Shown here: piece after piece, positions 60,953-64,000 of the stretch
Layout of the letters: each line of letters opens with the position of its first letter
How positions within the stretch are numbered: the stretch's first letter is position 1
Assembly (NCBI GenBank): GCA_019058315.1
Contig: JAHPZH010000001.1
Span: forward strand, 1,297,432-1,361,431
DNA length: 64,000 bases
Source of the DNA: Candidatus Helarchaeota archaeon
Lineage (GTDB): Archaea; Asgardarchaeota; Lokiarchaeia; Helarchaeales; RDOG01
Reading direction: 5' to 3'
Translations under genes and position numbers: made by a program
Notes under the pieces: model-generated
Seen by the model: the letters and a program-made list of their open reading frames with translations, nothing else
What the model was told of the DNA's origin: nothing
Database searches by the model: none

Positions 60953-61015
60953 AAAGAATTAATATTTGAAAAATCCTAATACTTATTGAAATTAAAAAAA
61001 ATGGGATAATTAACT

Positions 61016-62080
61016 ATGATTTTAGATCCTCTAGAATTTACTTCCTTATTAATGCGATTTGCCTTTGCAATTGCCTCTATTCTTAATGCTGGGGTTTTCT
61101 TTTTGAAAGTAAAACGTGCAAAAGGATCTATGTTTGATTTTTCATCTTTTTTTGGATTAGGAATCTTTGCCCTCCTTGGTGGAATAGCAGAAATTTATTT
61201 CACCTATTACTACTACTATATTTTTGTATTTAATCAAGAATTATTTGATATTTACACATACGCAACATATGTAGGTTACTTGGGGGTAATTGGGATAATT
61301 TTTTTATCAGAAAAGATGTTTGGTAAAACAAAATATGTTTTTACCATTTCTTGTATTATTAGTTTCATTTGTGCTATTTTTTTTGTAAATTCAATTGAAG
61401 AATTACGGGTTTATACCACCATAATGCTCCCAACATCGGGGTTAATTGTTTTCATCAATTTTGGTTATTCAATGGTGTTTAAAACGACGGGCGAAATCCG
61501 GAAAAAAATGAGAAATGTATTTATTGGCTTTTTAACATTCATGATATTCTATATGCTAGATTCTGAGCTTGTAAAAAATTCTTTTCCTATTCACCCACAA
61601 ATTACAACCATTATTGCAATGCTTGGACTTATAGTAATCATTAGTTGGTGGGCATACATATTTCTCAGCTTTGAAACCTTTACTGAATTTGGGTGGAGGG
61701 AAAAATTAAAAGAACTTTATATCATTGCACCAAATGGGGGAACCTTATTCCATTATTCTTTTGAAAAAGGCACACCAGAAAAAACACCTGATCTAGTAAG
61801 TGCTGGTTTAACGGGATTTAAAGATGTTATAGCAGAAATAATACAAAGTAGGCAGAATTTAAAAGTCATGGATCATCAGGATGTAAAAATTATTTTTGAA
61901 TATGGAAATTATTCAACTTTAGCTTTAATAGCATATGAAAATTTAAAGATATATCAGTCTAAATTAGATTCCTTAATAAAGCAGTTCGAAAATTTATTCC
62001 AAGATGTTCTTTCAGACTGGAAAGGAGAGACTGAGGTCTTCCTACCTTCTAAAAGATTAATAGAAGAAATTTTTGGATGA
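61016..62080 (+). CDS. 7TM + longin-like domain protein
   Basis: Seven TMs, then WREKLKELYIIAPNGGTLFHY...LVSAGLTG...WKGE...F; same tail family as 19485. Confidence 0.8.
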   Translation: MILDPLEFTSLLMRFAFAIASILNAGVFFLKVKRAKGSMFDFSSFFGLGIFALLGGIAEIYFTYYYYYIFVFNQELFDIYTYATYVGYLGVIGIIFLSEKMFGKTKYVFTISCIISFICAIFFVNSIEELRVYTTIMLPTSGLIVFINFGYSMVFKTTGEIRKKMRNVFIGFLTFMIFYMLDSELVKNSFPIHPQITTIIAMLGLIVIISWWAYIFLSFETFTEFGWREKLKELYIIAPNGGTLFHYSFEKGTPEKTPDLVSAGLTGFKDVIAEIIQSRQNLKVMDHQDVKIIFEYGNYSTLALIAYENLKIYQSKLDSLIKQFENLFQDVLSDWKGETEVFLPSKRLIEEIFG

Positions 62081-62091
62081 ATTTGAATAAT

Positions 62092-63024
62092 TTAATCTTT
62101 TGTTGTTGCAGTAAGGACTGGTCTTTTTTTCTTCATAACTTCATCGTAACCAACTTTTGAAAATGGACAGACTTTAATACAGATAGAACATCCAAAGTGT
62201 TTAAAGAAATGAGGAAAACATTTATCCCCATCAATGTTTTGAAGATATTTTCCATTAGGTGATTGCTTTTTTTTATCATGCGGAAATATTGCTCCTCCAG
62301 GACAGGCTTTAACACATAGTTCACATGTTTTACAATATTCTCTTATCCCTAAATTTGGTTTCTTTGTTTCTGGTAGTGAAGCATCAGTTGCAATCATGGA
62401 TAATCTTTGTCTAGGTCCAAATTTACGGGATATTAAAACTCCATTAACTCCAATTTCTCCTAATCCTGCTTTTTCTGCCATAGGTGGATAAAGAACTGGA
62501 CCTCCAAATGGATGAAATGCTTGTGCCTGAAATCCACGGTCTCGAAGATATTGCGCTAATTTAACAGTGGCTTCACCTAGATCTGCATATATTTTCATTG
62601 CTTCGGCTCCAGCTGGTGGTTTTGGAGCTTGTTCAATCCTGCCTTTATCCATTTCCATACCTAAAACAATTGCATTATCTAACACATTATCTTTAACGCG
62701 ATAATCAGTCATCTCTTCTTCAAAAATAAAATATTCATCGACTTCGGTGAAACCAATTAAATCAATTCCAATGGATTTTGCATATTCAACCAATTCGTCC
62801 CAAAATTTTTCGTCAGCCTTAGGTCTTTTTGATTGATCTACTTGTTTATTATATTTTTTTGATCTTTTAGCTTTACTTAAACCCTTAAAAGTTCGACCAA
62901 TATGGGAAAATACTTCATCTAATAATTCTTTATTTGATTCATTTCCGAAACGTTCTGTACGAACTCTGTCCATATCAATATATCTTTGTTTTAATCCACC
63001 TTTAGCTTTTTTAATTCTGAACAA
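62092..63024 (-). CDS. Reductive dehalogenase / epoxyqueuosine reductase-like cobalamin 2x[4Fe-4S] protein
   Basis: AEKAGLGEIG.NG.LI...FGPRQRL..I.TD, CKTCELCVKACP and C...CSICIKVCPF; no Tat signal. Confidence 0.82.
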   Translation of the reverse strand: MFRIKKAKGGLKQRYIDMDRVRTERFGNESNKELLDEVFSHIGRTFKGLSKAKRSKKYNKQVDQSKRPKADEKFWDELVEYAKSIGIDLIGFTEVDEYFIFEEEMTDYRVKDNVLDNAIVLGMEMDKGRIEQAPKPPAGAEAMKIYADLGEATVKLAQYLRDRGFQAQAFHPFGGPVLYPPMAEKAGLGEIGVNGVLISRKFGPRQRLSMIATDASLPETKKPNLGIREYCKTCELCVKACPGGAIFPHDKKKQSPNGKYLQNIDGDKCFPHFFKHFGCSICIKVCPFSKVGYDEVMKKKRPVLTATTKD

Positions 63025-63118
63025 CTCCGTGATTTAGTAAATAAAATTCAACAATTAATCCAACAGTCTTTTAATTATTTTTAAAAATATTTATAATTGA
63101 CTCATTCAATACCAATTT

Positions 63119-63670
63119 ATGAATAATTCAGATTTCTCTCTTGATAAAAAAGGATTTTTAATACAAATATTAATAGCAATCATTATTTCTGTGCTTCTTC
63201 AAATAATTGTTGTTCCTCTGATTATTGATCCTCTCACCAGCAGATTTCCCACCATATTTGAAAGAAGGGCTACAATTTTAATAACTACTTTGAGTTTCTG
63301 GTTTTTTTCTTTTTCAGTTGCTTTCTTTTTCTATCCCGAAAATGAACTTATTAACTCATATTTATTGTGTTCATTTATTCCATTGTTAGTGATTATTATT
63401 CAAGAATTTATGGGGTTATTCTTCTTTGACATATTACATATGCTTCCAATTATCGTAGTAATTTATATAGTTTGGAAATTGCCAGATACAATCAATTTGA
63501 AATACACAACCATTGCTTCACCAATATTATTAATCTGGTTTTTGATAGTTCGATTACTTGGAATAAATTATCCAGATTTTGAATTATCTTTTCTTGGAAT
63601 AAGTTACTTAATTATTTGGGGAATATCAAATATCATCATAGCATATATAATAACAAAAAAAAGGGACTAG
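63119..63670 (+). CDS. Hypothetical multi-pass membrane protein
   Basis: About six hydrophobic segments. Confidence 0.7.
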   Translation: MNNSDFSLDKKGFLIQILIAIIISVLLQIIVVPLIIDPLTSRFPTIFERRATILITTLSFWFFSFSVAFFFYPENELINSYLLCSFIPLLVIIIQEFMGLFFFDILHMLPIIVVIYIVWKLPDTINLKYTTIASPILLIWFLIVRLLGINYPDFELSFLGISYLIIWGISNIIIAYIITKKRD

Positions 63671-63677
63671 TTAGAAT

Positions 63678-64000
63678 ATGAGTGGGGATGAAGAAATTGA
63701 AATTGGGGTTAAAGAATGGAATAAATACCATACATATTTAATAATTTTCTTTTCTATTATGAATTTTTTTGGTTTATTCAATATCGTTTTTGGAGGTTTT
63801 GTTTTAAATGAAGTTGCACAATCATTTGGAGTCAGCGTTGTAATAATCCCCATTATTTCTTCAATTGCAGGTATTGGGCTATTTTTTTCAATTATTACTA
63901 GAACCTTACCAGACCATTTTGGCCGTAAGAGAACATTATTTGTTTTGACGATTTTAGCGTATACAAACCTATTTATTACTGTATTAGCCCCCAATGTTAT
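63678..64000 (+). CDS. MFS transporter, N-terminal part (runs off window; absent from the ORF track)
   Basis: Manual translation MSGDEEIEIGVKEWNKYHTYLIIFFSIMNFFGLF...LPDHFGRKRTLF; motif A (D..GRK) after TM2. Confidence 0.8.
   Translation, partial: MSGDEEIEIGVKEWNKYHTYLIIFFSIMNFFGLFNIVFGGFVLNEVAQSFGVSVVIIPIISSIAGIGLFFSIITRTLPDHFGRKRTLFVLTILAYTNLFITVLAPNV

Noticed and set aside
19485-62080. Calling the 7TM proteins rhodopsins or true GPCRs
   Set aside because: No retinal-binding DxxxK motif in TM7 and no DRY/NPxxY motifs; only the TM count is shared
7088-62324. Short overlapping ORFs in the track (e.g. 7088, 14765, 15712, 16419, 16803, 16830, 18170, 20890, 23188, 26243, 26323, 27967, 28149, 33162, 34594, 35643, 40596, 41192, 42419, 49317, 53412, 57072, 58528, 59283, 62133)
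   Set aside because: They lie wholly or largely within, or antisense to, better-supported genes and carry no motifs
63671-63994. 107-aa minus-strand ORF
   Set aside because: Antisense shadow of the plus-strand MFS transporter starting at 63678

Overview
AT-rich (~30% GC by eye), gene-dense archaeal chromosome segment. It is most consistent with an Asgard archaeon (Lokiarchaeia-like), judged from the expanded longin-like domains, SDS22-type LRRs, many TTG/GTG starts and the URO-D/corrinoid expansion. This taxonomy is inference, not a database hit. No rRNA, tRNA, CRISPR, integrase or transposase was found. Three themes dominate. (1) A candidate longin-output signalling toolkit: ten genes carry a longin-like domain, namely five ~1130-aa TPR/alpha-SNAP-like solenoid-longin paralogues, four 7TM-longin fusions and one stand-alone longin. 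Two longin-less 7TM proteins also sit beside longin genes. (2) Anaerobic cobalamin and sulfate-ester catabolism: a GH78 rhamnosidase, five URO-D/MtaA-fold methyltransferases, two corrinoid proteins, a sulfatase, a radical-SAM sulfatase maturase, an alkyl sulfatase and a reductive-dehalogenase/QueG-like protein. (3) A ~2.3-kb island that interrupts the TPR-longin array. It is bracketed by a perfect 16-bp inverted repeat and holds a single-HKD PLD-family gene, three small ORFs and a GC-rich structured element. Also present are two membrane-anchored beta-propeller repeat proteins, two tandem LRR genes and assorted oxidoreductases.
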